A stretch of 64,000 bases of DNA, from contig CAWDQV010000001.1 of the NCBI GenBank assembly GCA_963804565.1, positions 1,366,643 through 1,430,642 of the forward strand. The letters run 5' to 3'. Below the pieces are notes generated by a model. That model did not search any database. It saw only the letters and a program-made list of their open reading frames with translations, and was not told the origin of the DNA. The position numbers were made by a program, and so were the translations under genes. Shown here piece after piece: positions 1 through 10,607 of the stretch. Source of the stretch: Candidatus Dormiibacterota bacterium (GTDB lineage Bacteria; Chloroflexota; Dormibacteria; Aeolococcales; Bog-877). Numbering within the stretch: position 1 is the first letter of the stretch; each line of letters starts with the position of its first letter.

Positions 1-125
1 GGCTTCGGTCGCTGCACACCACTCCTTCTCTGGACTTGGATCGCAAGCTGGCTCTGGAGCTCGCGGTCGCAGCCAGGGAAGCCGTTACCAGGCTGCAGCA
101 CGAGTTCTCGGCTCAGCCTTCGTGA
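1..125 (+). CDS. C-terminal fragment of an unidentified protein (gene begins left of the window)
   Basis: Open frame from the window edge to TGA 123-125. Tail is ...LALELAVAAREAVTRLQHEFSAQPS. No family recognised. Confidence 0.25.
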   Translation, partial: LRSLHTTPSLDLDRKLALELAVAAREAVTRLQHEFSAQPS

Positions 126-126
126 T

Positions 127-1131
127 CTAGGGAACCAGTACGGCGGCTCCCGCGAGACCGTCCTCATGGAGTTTGATCAGCGCCGAGTTGGCCTCGCCAA
201 TCGGGAATATCTCGGCCAGAGTTCGCACCGGGATCTTCTGCGCGAGTTGGAGGAACTCGGCAGCGTCGCGCCTGGTGTAGTTGGCAACGCTAAGAAGCCT
301 GCGCTCCCAATAGAGGAACTCATATGGAAATTCCGGGACGCGGTCTAGATGGATGGCGTTGATCACGCAGATGCCACCGCGATCGAGGGACCGGAGAGCG
401 TCGATCACCACTGCCCCTACCGGCGCGAAGGTGATCGCGGCCCGAAGTCCAGCTGGGAGGTCGTCGCCGGGCGCCCCCACCCAGGCCGCGCCTTCTTGTT
501 TGGCTCTCTCTCGGGCGGCCTGGTCACGAGTCACCACGATTACTTCACACCCCTCAGCGATGGCCAACTGGGTCACCAGGAAAGCTGAAGCTCCGAATCC
601 GAACAACCCGAGCCGCTGACCTCGGCCGATCTCGGTGAGCCGGAGGGCGCGATAGCCGATGACCCCGCCACAGAGGAGCGGAGCCAACTGCACGGGGTCT
701 CGGTCGTCGGGCAGCGGCTGGGCGAAGTCCGCTCGAACCACGACCTGACTCGAGAAGCCCCCATCTCGGTCCCAGCCAGTGAAAGTCGCTTGGTGGCAAA
801 GGTTCTCCTTGCCCCCGCGGCACAGCTCGCACTTGCCACAGGCTGAAGCCAGCCAGCCCACCCCTAATCGCCGACCTTTGAGCTCTCCAGCGACGCCTTC
901 GCCGAGCTCCTCCACCAAGCCCACGATCTGGTGCCCGGGCACGATTGGCAGGACCTTAGCGGGGAGATCACCGGTGACGAGTTGGAGATCTGTCCGACAG
1001 ATGGCACATGACTCAACTCGCAGTCGAACCTCCCCTGGTCCGGGCACCGGAGCCGGCCGCTCAATCAGCTGCAGCGGCGCGGTTTGAGCCTCTCCCGGGG
1101 CCCGGAGGGCCATCGCCTGCATGGCGCTCAT
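127..1131 (-). CDS. zinc-dependent alcohol dehydrogenase (MDR superfamily)
   Basis: Track ORF 127..1569 trimmed to ATG 1131 (MSAMQAMALRAPG...). Motifs: CAICRTDLQ, GHQIVG, Rossmann GLFGFGASA. The 146 upstream residues are Arg/Pro-rich and antisense to murE. Confidence 0.85.
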   Translation of the reverse strand: MSAMQAMALRAPGEAQTAPLQLIERPAPVPGPGEVRLRVESCAICRTDLQLVTGDLPAKVLPIVPGHQIVGLVEELGEGVAGELKGRRLGVGWLASACGKCELCRGGKENLCHQATFTGWDRDGGFSSQVVVRADFAQPLPDDRDPVQLAPLLCGGVIGYRALRLTEIGRGQRLGLFGFGASAFLVTQLAIAEGCEVIVVTRDQAARERAKQEGAAWVGAPGDDLPAGLRAAITFAPVGAVVIDALRSLDRGGICVINAIHLDRVPEFPYEFLYWERRLLSVANYTRRDAAEFLQLAQKIPVRTLAEIFPIGEANSALIKLHEDGLAGAAVLVP

Positions 1132-1175
1132 TGTGGCGTGCGGTACCGGGACCCGACGGCAGCTAGGCTTGGGGC

Positions 1176-2682
1176 ATGCGCTGGTCCGAGATGGCTGCCG
1201 CGATCGGACTGCCGTTCGCTCTGGTAGGGGTCGCCGATCTCGATGTGACCGGCATCGCCTACGACTCGAGGCAGGTGCGGCCGGGGTACCTTTTCGTCGC
1301 CATTCCCGGCCAGCACCACGACGGACACGACTTTGTCGGCTCAGCACTCGCCCAAGGGGCGACGGTCGCATTGGTCGAGCATCCGGTCGATGCAATCGAC
1401 GCCATCCACGCCAATCGCGTCGTCGTGATTGATGACACCAGGGCGGCGCTAGCGGCTCTCGGCGACGCCTTCTACGGCCACCCTTCCAAAGCGGTTCCGG
1501 TCGTGGGGATAACCGGCACCGACGGTAAGACGACCACCACGACCATGATCCACGCCGCCCTCTCGTCACGCAATGGGCAAGACGGGCAGCCTTAGCACGG
1601 TCGATTTTCGAGTCGGCGAGGAGATCGAACCCAACCTGACTCGCCAGACCACCTTGGAGTCGCTGGATCTCCAGTACTGGATGCGGCGGATGGTTGATCA
1701 GGGCTGCCGGGCGATCGCACTGGAGTCCACCTCACACGGACTGGCGCTCGGCCGGCTCGACCGGATCCGCTTCGCAGGGGCGGTCTACACCAATATCACT
1801 CATGAGCACCTCGATTTCCACAAGACATGGGAGGCGTACTTCGAGGCCAAAGCGTCGCTCCTGGATCGCGCTTCGTCGTCGCGAGGCTTCGCCGTCCTCA
1901 ACCAGGACGACCGCCGGGCGTTTCCGCTTCTTCGCGAGCGAGCCTCGGGTCGCCTCCTCATCTATAGCGCGCGCGGTGCGCCCGAGGCCGACCTTCGCGC
2001 CGAGAGCATCGCCTCCGACGGGACCGGGATCTCCTTCCTAGCTGTTACTCCGAGCGGCAAGGTCCGGGTCCGGCTGAACAGCGCCGGACGCTGGAACGTG
2101 GGCAACGCCCTGGCGGCGCTGGCCGCCGGTCTGCTGCTGGAGCAACCGCTCCCCGGCCTAGTGGCGGGCCTGGGCGAGCTGAAGGCAGTTCCCGGACGAA
2201 TGGAGCGAGTCGACCTCGGCCAGCCGTTCGCCGTGGTGATCGATTACGCCCACACCCCGGCGGCCCTCACGGTCGCCCTGCACGAGCTCAGGGGGGCGAC
2301 AGCGGGGCGATTGTGGGTTGTTTTCGGGAGCGCTGGGGAGCGAGACGTTGCCAAGCGGGCGGAGATGGGAAGGATCGCAGCTCAACTGGCGGACCAGGTG
2401 GTGATCACCTCGGAGGACCCGAGGAGCGAGGATCCGGACTCGATCATCGACGAGATCTGGGGTGGCGCGGTCGCAGCCGGCGCGGACCCGCAAGCGAACC
2501 TCTACCGGGAACCCGAGCGTGATCGGGCGATTCGCATTGCCGTCGGTGGCGCGCTTCCCGGCGACACTGTCCTGCTGGCTGGAAAGGGCCACGAGCACAG
2601 CATCCTCTGGGCGTCCGGGGCGGTCCCGTGGGACGAGCGGGAGGCGGCGCAGGCCGCACTTCGGGAAACCAGGGGCCTTTAG
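1176..2682 (+). CDS. murE: UDP-N-acetylmuramoyl-L-alanyl-D-glutamate--2,6-diaminopimelate ligase (MurE); frame broken once
   Basis: ORF 1176..1595 (VTGIAYDSRQVRPGYLFVAIPG, P-loop GITGTDGKTTT) continues in another frame in ORF 1573..2682 (GKTGSLSTV, DYAHTPAAL, GKGHE). Removing one G from GGG 1575-1577 repairs the junction. Confidence 0.85.
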
Positions 2683-2736
2683 AGTGATCTGGCGGCGGGT
2701 CAGCTGGAGTCGGGGGGATGGGCGGGTGCGCGCACG

Positions 2737-4143
2737 GTGACCGTGGCTGACCGAGCGCGGAGCGCGGACGCCGTAGCTGAGTTGAAAGCGCTGCTGGGGT
2801 CGCGCGTGAGTACCGATCCCGCCGCGCTCGAGGGTCACAGCCGAGACGAGTCGCACCACTCCCCTGCACTTCCCGACGCGGTGGTCTCCTGCACCGCTAT
2901 AGAGGACATCGTCGCCGTCCTGAACACGTGTCAGTCCTACGCGGTTCCTGTCATTCCTTTCGGTGCCGGTACCGGACTTGAGGGTGGAGTAATTCCGATC
3001 AAGGGCGGGGTCACGCTTGACCTCTCCGGGATGAACCGAATTCTGCGCATAGGAGTGGATGACCTCGACGTCACCGTCGAAGCAGGCGTAACCCTAAGCC
3101 AACTAAACCAGCGACTCGGCAGCGAGGGGCTCTTTTTCCCGGTAGACCCCGGTTCGGACCCGACCATCGGAGGAATGGTCGCGACCCGTGCCAGCGGTAC
3201 CAACGCCGTGCGATACGGAACCATGAAAGACACCACGCTCGGGCTCACTGTCGTGCTGGCCGACGGCAGAGTGGTGAAGACTGGTGGCAGGGCTCGCAAG
3301 TCGTCCGCGGGATACGATCTGACCCGTCTCTTCGTAGGGTCCGAAGGAACGCTCGGGGTGATCGCGACGGCCACGGTGCGGGTATGGGGAATTCCGGAAA
3401 CAGTTGTCGCCGCCGTCTGCAGCCTGGTGGATTTGCGTGACACCGTCGACGCGGTGATCCAGATCATCCAATTGGGCGTTCCCATGGCGCGCATCGAGTT
3501 GTTGGACGAAGTGATGGTTGATGCACTCAACCGCTTCAACCAGCTCGACTATCCGGTCGCACCCACCCTGATGCTGGAGTTTCACGGTGGTCCCAAAAGC
3601 GTCGCCGAACAGGTGGAGGAGGTGACGGCGATTGTGACCGCGCACCACGGGCGACTCGAGTGGTATGCCTCGCCGGCCGAGAGAAGACGGTTATGGGACG
3701 CCCGCCATCACGCCCTGTACGCTGCGAAGGCACTGCGCCCCGGCGCCGGCTCGTGGGCCACCGACGTGTGCGTTCCGATCTCGGCCCTGGCCGCCTGCAT
3801 CACCGAAACCAAGCTTGACATTGAGCAGAGTGGTGTTCTGGCGCCAATCGTAGGCCACGTCGGAGACGGAAACTTTCATCTCACCTTTGTGGTATTCCCA
3901 GATGACGCCGAGGAGATGGCCGCCGCGGGAGCGGTTCATGATCGGCTGGTTGCGCGCGCCCTGGCGATGGACGGCACCTGCACCGGTGAGCACGGAATTG
4001 GACTGGGAAAGATGGGATTCCTGCAGACAGAGCACGGTCCGGGCGTGATGCTGATGAGCCAACTCAAGACGGCATTGGATCCGAGCGGGATCCTGAACCC
4101 GGGGAAGATTTTCCACCCAGTCGATGGGCTGACTCCGACATGA
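2737..4143 (+). CDS. FAD-linked oxidase, D-lactate dehydrogenase/GlcD family
   Basis: 468-aa ORF with GTG start. FAD_binding_4-type N-terminus (VIPFGAGTGLEGG) and C-terminal GTCTGEHGIGLGK motif. Confidence 0.8.
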   Translation: MTVADRARSADAVAELKALLGSRVSTDPAALEGHSRDESHHSPALPDAVVSCTAIEDIVAVLNTCQSYAVPVIPFGAGTGLEGGVIPIKGGVTLDLSGMNRILRIGVDDLDVTVEAGVTLSQLNQRLGSEGLFFPVDPGSDPTIGGMVATRASGTNAVRYGTMKDTTLGLTVVLADGRVVKTGGRARKSSAGYDLTRLFVGSEGTLGVIATATVRVWGIPETVVAAVCSLVDLRDTVDAVIQIIQLGVPMARIELLDEVMVDALNRFNQLDYPVAPTLMLEFHGGPKSVAEQVEEVTAIVTAHHGRLEWYASPAERRRLWDARHHALYAAKALRPGAGSWATDVCVPISALAACITETKLDIEQSGVLAPIVGHVGDGNFHLTFVVFPDDAEEMAAAGAVHDRLVARALAMDGTCTGEHGIGLGKMGFLQTEHGPGVMLMSQLKTALDPSGILNPGKIFHPVDGLTPT

Positions 4144-4180
4144 CCCGGCAAACGCTGGAACCGCGTGGGCAGAAGCAACG

Positions 4181-5735
4181 ATGACCAAGGATTCCGCGAG
4201 TCGGACCGTCACCATCGGGACAGACGGCGTAGAGGCGCACCAAGTCGTTGAAGTGGCCCGTCGTGGGACGCGGGTGGAGATCTCCCCAGAGGCCGTACAG
4301 GCTATGGAGGCGGCGCGAGCCCGTGTCGAGGCCGCGGGTCAGCTTTCCATGCCGGTGTACGGAGTGTCGACAGGATTCGGCCTGTTGGCTAACACCCGGA
4401 TTGCGCCGGAGCGAAGGTCCGAGCTCCAGCATGCCCTCATCCGCTCCCATGCGGCCGGCATGGGTCCGCCTGTGGAGCGCGAGGTGGTGCGGGCGATGAT
4501 GCTGCTGCGGGCCCGCACGTTGTGCATGGGCTTCTCCGGCAGCCGGCCAGTCGTCGCGGCGGGGTTGGTCGACCTGCTCAACGCGGAGATCACGCCCGTG
4601 GTTCCCGAGCACGGTTCCCTTGGGGCCAGCGGGGACCTAGCACCTCTCGCCCACATGTCCCTGGTTCTGGTGGGCGAGGGCACGGCGGAGATGCGCGGAC
4701 GGCCAGGTGCTAGGCGGTTCCGAAGCCCTGGCACGAGCCGGCCTCCGACCACTCCAACTCGAGGTAAAGGACGGCCTCAGCCTGATCAACGGTACGGACG
4801 GCATGCTGGGGATGCTGGTGATGGCCCTGGCCGACCTGGCAGTTCTCCTCCCGACGGCGGACATCGGCGCCGCGCTGTCCACCGAGGGTCTCCTCGGGAC
4901 GGACCGCCCATTCGCGGCGGACCTTCACGAGCTCAGGCCTCATCCGGGCCAGATCCGGAGCGCGGCCAACCTTCGGTTGCTGTTGGGCGGATCGGAGGTC
5001 CTGGCCTCGCACCGCGACTCGCCACACACGGTCCAGGACCCGTACTCGGTTCGGTGCGCACCCCAGGTGGTTGGTGCGGCCCGGGACACCGAGCAGTTCG
5101 CCAGGCAGGTGGCGGACCGAGAGCTTAGGTCCGCGGTAGACAACCCGGTCGTGCTGCCCGACGGGCGGCTGGATTCGACCGGGAACTTCCACGGCGAGCC
5201 GCTGGCCTTCGTCTGCGATTTTCTCAGCATCGCCATGGCCGAGGTCGCTGCAATCGCAGAGCGCCGGGTAGACCGCCTCCTAGATCCTGCACGCTCCGGG
5301 GGGCTGCCACCGTTTTTGGCACCAGACCCGGGGGTCAATTCTGGCCTGATGATCGGCCAGTACACCGCGGCCGCCATCGTGGCCGAGAACCGCCGGCTGG
5401 CGGCGCCCGCCAGCGTGGATTCCATCCCCACCTCGGGGATGCAGGAGGATCACGTCTCGATGGGCTGGGGAGCGGCGCGGAAGCTCCGCCAGGTGGTTGC
5501 CAATCTCTCGCGGGTACTGGCAGTGGAGCTGCTGGCGGCTTCCAGAGCACTCGAATTGCGAGAACCTCTTCATCCTTCTCCGGCCGACCTGCGGGTGGCT
5601 GCGCTGGTGCGCCGCCTCGGCGGGGGGGTCGGGCCCGATCGCTTTCTCTCCCCTCAACTGGAAGCCGTGGCTGCAGCGGTGCGTTCAGGCGAGATCCTGG
5701 GCGAAGCCGAGTCGGTTGTGGGCAGGTTGGTGTGA
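4181..5735 (+). CDS. hutH: histidine ammonia-lyase; frame broken once near 4697
   Basis: ORF 4181..5128 carries the MIO motif [11 protein letters not shown]. The family sequence continues in ORF 4707..5735 ([13 protein letters not shown]...). Removing one G of GG 4697-4698 repairs the junction. Confidence 0.85.
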
Positions 5736-7387
5736 GCTCCGCGAGGCCGGTGCGGGCTCCCCGGGGCACCGAGATAAGTTGCAAGGGCTGGCCCCAGGAA
5801 GCGGCGATGCGGATGCTGATGAACAACCTCGATCCGGAGGTTGCGGAAAACCCCGACCAGCTGGTGGTGTACGGCGGGAGCGGAAGAGCCGCCCGCTCCT
5901 GGGACGCCTTCGACGCCATCGTGCGGAGCCTCCGGGATCTGGAACGCGACGAGACGCTGCTGGTTCAGTCGGGCAAGCCGGTCGGGATCTTCCGCACCCA
6001 TGAGTGGGCGCCTCGAGTCCTGATCGCGAACTCCCTGCTGGTACCCCAGTGGGCAACGCAGGAGGAGTTCCGCCGTCTAGAACTGGCAGGGCTCACCATG
6101 TACGGGCAGATGACCGCGGGGTCCTGGATTTACATCGGCACTCAGGGGATCCTCCAGGGCACATACGAGACATTCGCGGCGATCGCCGCCAAGCGGTTCG
6201 GCGGGTCACTGGCGGGCACCGTTTCGTTGACGGCGGGTCTAGGAGGCATGGGCGGGGCTCAGCCACTGGCGGTAACCATGAACGGAGGGGTGGCCCTCTG
6301 CATCGAGATCGACCCCGAGCGCATCCAGCGCCGTATCGCCCATCGCTACCTTGACCGATGGGCTCCCGATCTGGACACGGCGCTCGAGCAGGCTGAGGCG
6401 GCTAGAGAGTCTCAGGAAGCGGTGTCGATCGCGGTTTTGGGCAACGCCGCCGAGCTGGTTCCTGAGATCGTGGCGCGCAATTTCGAGGTCGACGTCGCTA
6501 CCGATCAGACCCCCGCCCATGATCCGCTCATGTACCTGCCGGAACGTCTCACCCTGCCCGAGGCGGCGGACCTGCGGGTGGAGGGCCCGGACGAGTACAT
6601 ACGGCGCAGCCGGGCGTCGATGGCCCGGCACGTCTCGGCCTTGGTGCAACTCCAGGACCGGGGCACCGAGGTCTTCGATTACGGCAACAGCCTGCGCGCC
6701 GAGGCGGAGCTCGGCGGCTGTACCAGGGCGTTTGACTACCCGGGATTCGTCCCCGCCTACATACGTCCCCTCTTCAGTGAGGGAAAAGGCCCCTTCCGCT
6801 GGGCTGCCCTGAGCGGCGATCCGGAGGACATCGCTGCCACCGATCGGGCGGCCATTCAGGAGTTCCCGGAGAACCAGGCGTTGGCCCGCTGGATCCGGAT
6901 GGCCTCGGAGCGGGTTGCCTTCCAAGGTCTTCCAGCGCGTATCTGCTGGCTGGGCTACGGCGAACGGGACCGACTCGGGCTGCGCTTCAACGAGATGGTG
7001 GCGAGCGGTGAGCTGAAGGCGCCAATCGTGATCGGCCGTGACCACCTCGACTCCGGCTCCGTGGCGTCGCCCTACCGGGAGACGGAGTCAATGAAGGACG
7101 GCAGCGATGCGATTGCCGACTGGCCCATCCTCAACGCCCTCCTCAACAGTTGCAGCGGCGCCACCTGGGTATCGGTGCACCACGGGGGCGGGGTCGGAAT
7201 TGGAAGGTCGATCCACTCCGGCCTGGTGGCGTTGGCAGACGGAACTCAGCTGGCCGCCGAAAAGCTGTCGCGATGCCTGCTCAACGATCCGGGGACCGGG
7301 GTGATCCGCCACGCGGACGCGGGCTACCAGATCGCCGTAGGCACAGCCGCCGAGCGCGGCGTTCGAATCCCGATGCAGGAGGGCTGA
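5732..7387 (+). CDS. hutU: urocanate hydratase
   Basis: 551-aa intact ORF with typical urocanase sequence ([22 protein letters not shown]). GTG start overlaps the hutH stop. Confidence 0.95.
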   Translation: MSSARPVRAPRGTEISCKGWPQEAAMRMLMNNLDPEVAENPDQLVVYGGSGRAARSWDAFDAIVRSLRDLERDETLLVQSGKPVGIFRTHEWAPRVLIANSLLVPQWATQEEFRRLELAGLTMYGQMTAGSWIYIGTQGILQGTYETFAAIAAKRFGGSLAGTVSLTAGLGGMGGAQPLAVTMNGGVALCIEIDPERIQRRIAHRYLDRWAPDLDTALEQAEAARESQEAVSIAVLGNAAELVPEIVARNFEVDVATDQTPAHDPLMYLPERLTLPEAADLRVEGPDEYIRRSRASMARHVSALVQLQDRGTEVFDYGNSLRAEAELGGCTRAFDYPGFVPAYIRPLFSEGKGPFRWAALSGDPEDIAATDRAAIQEFPENQALARWIRMASERVAFQGLPARICWLGYGERDRLGLRFNEMVASGELKAPIVIGRDHLDSGSVASPYRETESMKDGSDAIADWPILNALLNSCSGATWVSVHHGGGVGIGRSIHSGLVALADGTQLAAEKLSRCLLNDPGTGVIRHADAGYQIAVGTAAERGVRIPMQEG

Positions 7388-8760
7388 TGTCCCTTTGGCT
7401 GGCCGAGCTAGCCTGGACCGGCGACCAGCTTCTGCCCAGGGTTCTGCTAGAGGCGGACGGGGGTCGGCTGACACGGGTGGAGGAGCTGGGCGTTGCCCAA
7501 ACGCCTCCGGAGGCCAAGGTACTCTCGGGCCTGACCCTCCCTGGCTTGGCCAATGTGCACTCCCACGCCTTCCACCGGGCGCTGCGTGGCCGGTGCCAGG
7601 CGCCCGATCTTGGTGGACGGGACTTCTGGGAGTGGCGGCGTCGGATGTATGCCCTGGCTTCGTTTCTGGAGCCCGACCAATACTTTGAGCTCTGCCGGGC
7701 AACGTTTGGGGAGATGTCACTCGCCGGGATCACCGCGGTTGGGGAGTTCCACTATCTCCACCACCAGCCAGGGGGCCAGCCATACCCGGCCCCCCGTATG
7801 GAGGATGCCCTGGTAGCCGCTGCGACCGAGGCTGGTATACGGCTGACTCTTCTCGACACCTGCTACCTGCGAGCCGGGTTTGAAGATCCCCCGCTGGCGG
7901 GCGCCGCCCTCAGATTCACGGATCGAGAGGCCTCCGCCTGGGCAGAGCGGGCCGATCGACTCGTTGAGAGCGCCAGGGTGCGCCGGGGCGCGGCCATCCA
8001 CAGCGTTCGGGCGGTGGATCCCGATGCGATGCGGGTGGTGTCGCAGTGGGCTGCCGACCGGGATGCCCCCCTTCACGTCCATCTCTCGGAGCAGCCGGCG
8101 GAGAACTCTGCCTGCATCAAAGCCACCGGTCTCACTCCGACCGAACTGCTGGACTCCTGTCAGGCCTTGGGCCCGAGAACGACTGCTGTTCACGCCATCC
8201 ACCTCACCGATGGCGACATCAGCCGGCTGGGAGAGAGTGGCACCCGGATCTGCATCTGTCCCACCACCGAGCGAGACCTCGGCGACGGAGTTTGTCCCGC
8301 GGATCGGCTCGAAGAAGCGGGAAGTGCGCTCTGCCTGGGCAGCGATAGCAACGCCGTGGTGGATCTCTTCGAGGAGGCACGGGCCGTTGAGTTGGACCGC
8401 CGACTGGTAACGGGTAAGCGGGGTTGGCTCAGTCCAGGATCGCTGTTGGCAGCGGCCACCGCTCAGGGGATGGCGGCGCTGGGATGGGACGCGGGCCGCT
8501 TGAAGCGGGGTAGCTTGGCGGACTTCACGACCCTAGAACTGTCCAGTACCAGGCTGGCCGGGGCCGGGCTGGCCGACTTGGTGCCACGGGTGGTGTTTGG
8601 GGCCGGCGCCGCCGATGTGCACTCGGTGGTGGTGGGTGGGGAGGAGGTGGTCCGGGATGGCCGACACCTGCGACTCGGGAGCGTGGCAGACAAGCTGGAG
8701 AACGTGCTCCTGCAGTTGGAGCCAGCGTGGGAGAGAGCTCTCCAGGAGCTAGCCCCTTGA
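7387..8760 (+). CDS. hutF: formimidoylglutamate deiminase (amidohydrolase superfamily)
   Basis: Track ORF 7150..8760 trimmed to ATG 7387, which overlaps the hutU TGA ([10 protein letters not shown]...). Metal motif NVHSHAFHRALRG. Context lies between hutU and hutI. Confidence 0.75.
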   Translation: MSLWLAELAWTGDQLLPRVLLEADGGRLTRVEELGVAQTPPEAKVLSGLTLPGLANVHSHAFHRALRGRCQAPDLGGRDFWEWRRRMYALASFLEPDQYFELCRATFGEMSLAGITAVGEFHYLHHQPGGQPYPAPRMEDALVAAATEAGIRLTLLDTCYLRAGFEDPPLAGAALRFTDREASAWAERADRLVESARVRRGAAIHSVRAVDPDAMRVVSQWAADRDAPLHVHLSEQPAENSACIKATGLTPTELLDSCQALGPRTTAVHAIHLTDGDISRLGESGTRICICPTTERDLGDGVCPADRLEEAGSALCLGSDSNAVVDLFEEARAVELDRRLVTGKRGWLSPGSLLAAATAQGMAALGWDAGRLKRGSLADFTTLELSSTRLAGAGLADLVPRVVFGAGAADVHSVVVGGEEVVRDGRHLRLGSVADKLENVLLQLEPAWERALQELAP

Positions 8761-9953
8761 ACACCCTGCTGTCGCACGTGGGCCGACTTTTCACGGCTGG
8801 CGAGGCCGTGTCGAAGAACGTGGACGTGCTGCTCGGCGAGAACTCGATCCTGGCGATTGCAAGGAGTGGGACCCTCGCCTCTCCCGACGACGTGGCCACC
8901 TACGACTGTGGCGGCGCGCTCCTCACCGCTGGACTGATCGACGCCCACACCCACCCGATCTATGCTCAGCCTCGGCTCACCGAGATAGCTGAGCGCTCAG
9001 CGGGAACGAGCTACGCCGAGATCGCCGCGCGTGGCGGGGGGATCGCGGCCACGGTTCGGGACACCCGGGCGGCTGCCTGGGACCAACTGGAGCATGGCGT
9101 GCGGGGCCGACTGAAGGAGTGGCTGGCGGCGGGAACCACCACCGTCGAGGCAAAGACCGGGTACTGGCTGGAGCGGGAGGGGGAGCTGCGGGCGGTACAG
9201 CTCTTGAAATCACTGGCCGGCGATGGCCGCCTGCCGCGTCTAGTGGTGACCTTCCTGGGTGGACATGCGCTGCCCCACAAATTCGCTGGCCGGCGCCAGG
9301 AATTCGTCGAGGAAGTGTCGAGTTGGACTGCGGACGCCTCCAGCGAAGGGGCGTGCTTTGCCGACGTTTTTTGCGACGAAGGCGCTTTTACGGTAGCCGA
9401 ATCCGAACAGCTGCTGCGGGCTGCCCGGGCCGCCGGACTCCAGCTTCGGATTCACGCCGATGAGCTGGCGCTCACCGGAGCCACTGAGCTGGCAGTCGCC
9501 GTCGGCGCCACCTCGGCTGACCATCTCCTGAAGATCGGTGCCAGCCAGATCTCCGCCCTAGCCGGGTCCTCTACGGTGGCGACACTCTGCCCCGTGACCG
9601 CACTCGCGCTCGGGCAGGCACCTCCGGCCCGGGAGTTGCTGGCCGCCGGGGTACCGGTGGCACTGGGGAGCGATCACAACCCGGGAACCTCGGGTACCAC
9701 CTGCATGAGCCTGGTCGTTTGGCTGGCGATCACGGAGCTGGGGCTCAGCGTGGAGCAGGCACTTACCGGAGCCACTCTCGGAGGGGCCCTCTCGCTTGGC
9801 CTGTCGGACCGGGGCAGAGTCGCCCCGGGATTGGCGTCGGACGTGGTTCTCTGGAACACCGACCACGAGGGCGGCTTCGGCTGGAACCCTGACATTCGTC
9901 CGATACAGGTCTGGCGCTCCGGGCGAGCCTGCCTGACCCCGGAGTCCACCTAG
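8727..9953 (+). CDS. hutI: imidazolonepropionase
   Basis: 408-aa ORF with GLIDAHTHP and a C-terminal amidohydrolase core. An alternative TTG start at 8757 would overlap the hutF stop by 4 nt. Confidence 0.9.
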   Translation: MGESSPGASPLNTLLSHVGRLFTAGEAVSKNVDVLLGENSILAIARSGTLASPDDVATYDCGGALLTAGLIDAHTHPIYAQPRLTEIAERSAGTSYAEIAARGGGIAATVRDTRAAAWDQLEHGVRGRLKEWLAAGTTTVEAKTGYWLEREGELRAVQLLKSLAGDGRLPRLVVTFLGGHALPHKFAGRRQEFVEEVSSWTADASSEGACFADVFCDEGAFTVAESEQLLRAARAAGLQLRIHADELALTGATELAVAVGATSADHLLKIGASQISALAGSSTVATLCPVTALALGQAPPARELLAAGVPVALGSDHNPGTSGTTCMSLVVWLAITELGLSVEQALTGATLGGALSLGLSDRGRVAPGLASDVVLWNTDHEGGFGWNPDIRPIQVWRSGRACLTPEST

Positions 9954-10561
9954 CCCGGCGCCATCCTGGTAAAGCGCACAAACCGGCTGCGGCCCGAACG
10001 CTCAAATCTCAGCTGACCGATATCCACCCGCGCGGCCGCTTTAGCGACTTCCCCATTTAGCGTTGCCGATGCCCCCACATGCACCACCGCGTCGCCCCCT
10101 GGACGCAGCAATCTGCTGGCGACCCGGAGAAGCTCAGGTAGCGGCTGAGCCGCCCTCGAGACCAGTACATCGGCAGGCCGGAAGTCCCGGGTGCGGAACA
10201 GTTCCCGCGCGTCTCGGGCCAGGACCTGAACCGCTCCGAGCTCCAGGCCGGCGAGACAGCTGACAAGGAAAGCTGCCTTGGCCCGGTCACGCTCGATGAG
10301 CTCGATCTCGAGCCCGGGTCGGGCAATTGCCAGTGGGATCCCAGGAATGCCGCCGCCGCTCCCGAGGTCCATTACGCGCTCACCGGCAGACCAGTCACGC
10401 ACGGGAAGCAGGTCGAGCGACTCCTCCACGTGTCGAGACCACGCCTCGGCTTGCGGCACTCGGGTCAGGTTGAGCCGGTTGGAGCCCGCGTAGAGCAGTT
10501 CCAGAAATTGCTCGAGAGACCGCCGCTCCCCGAGCGAAACCCGGTAGGCGTGACTACTCAC
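9950..10561 (-). CDS. rsmG: 16S rRNA (guanine527-N7)-methyltransferase RsmG/GidB
   Basis: 203 aa with SAM motif DLGSGGGIPGIPLAI and the typical N-terminal NLTRV...HVEESL. Confidence 0.85.
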   Translation of the reverse strand: MSSHAYRVSLGERRSLEQFLELLYAGSNRLNLTRVPQAEAWSRHVEESLDLLPVRDWSAGERVMDLGSGGGIPGIPLAIARPGLEIELIERDRAKAAFLVSCLAGLELGAVQVLARDARELFRTRDFRPADVLVSRAAQPLPELLRVASRLLRPGGDAVVHVGASATLNGEVAKAAARVDIGQLRFERSGRSRFVRFTRMAPG

Positions 10562-10607
10562 CTGCGCGCCGGTGTAGGAGCGGTATCACCAGCCGCGGGG
10601 CTTGAAC

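Noticed and set aside
1132-1569. N-terminal 146 residues of track ORF 127..1569
   Set aside because: The stretch is Arg/Pro-rich, has no ADH homology, and overlaps murE on the other strand. The ADH fold begins at the Met at 1131.
1560-1600. Programmed ribosomal frameshifting or transcriptional slippage as an explanation for the split genes
   Set aside because: There are no slippery heptamers or downstream structures at the junctions. The breaks occur in unrelated genes in both directions (+1 and -1) and at simple G/C runs. Sequencing error is the more economical explanation.
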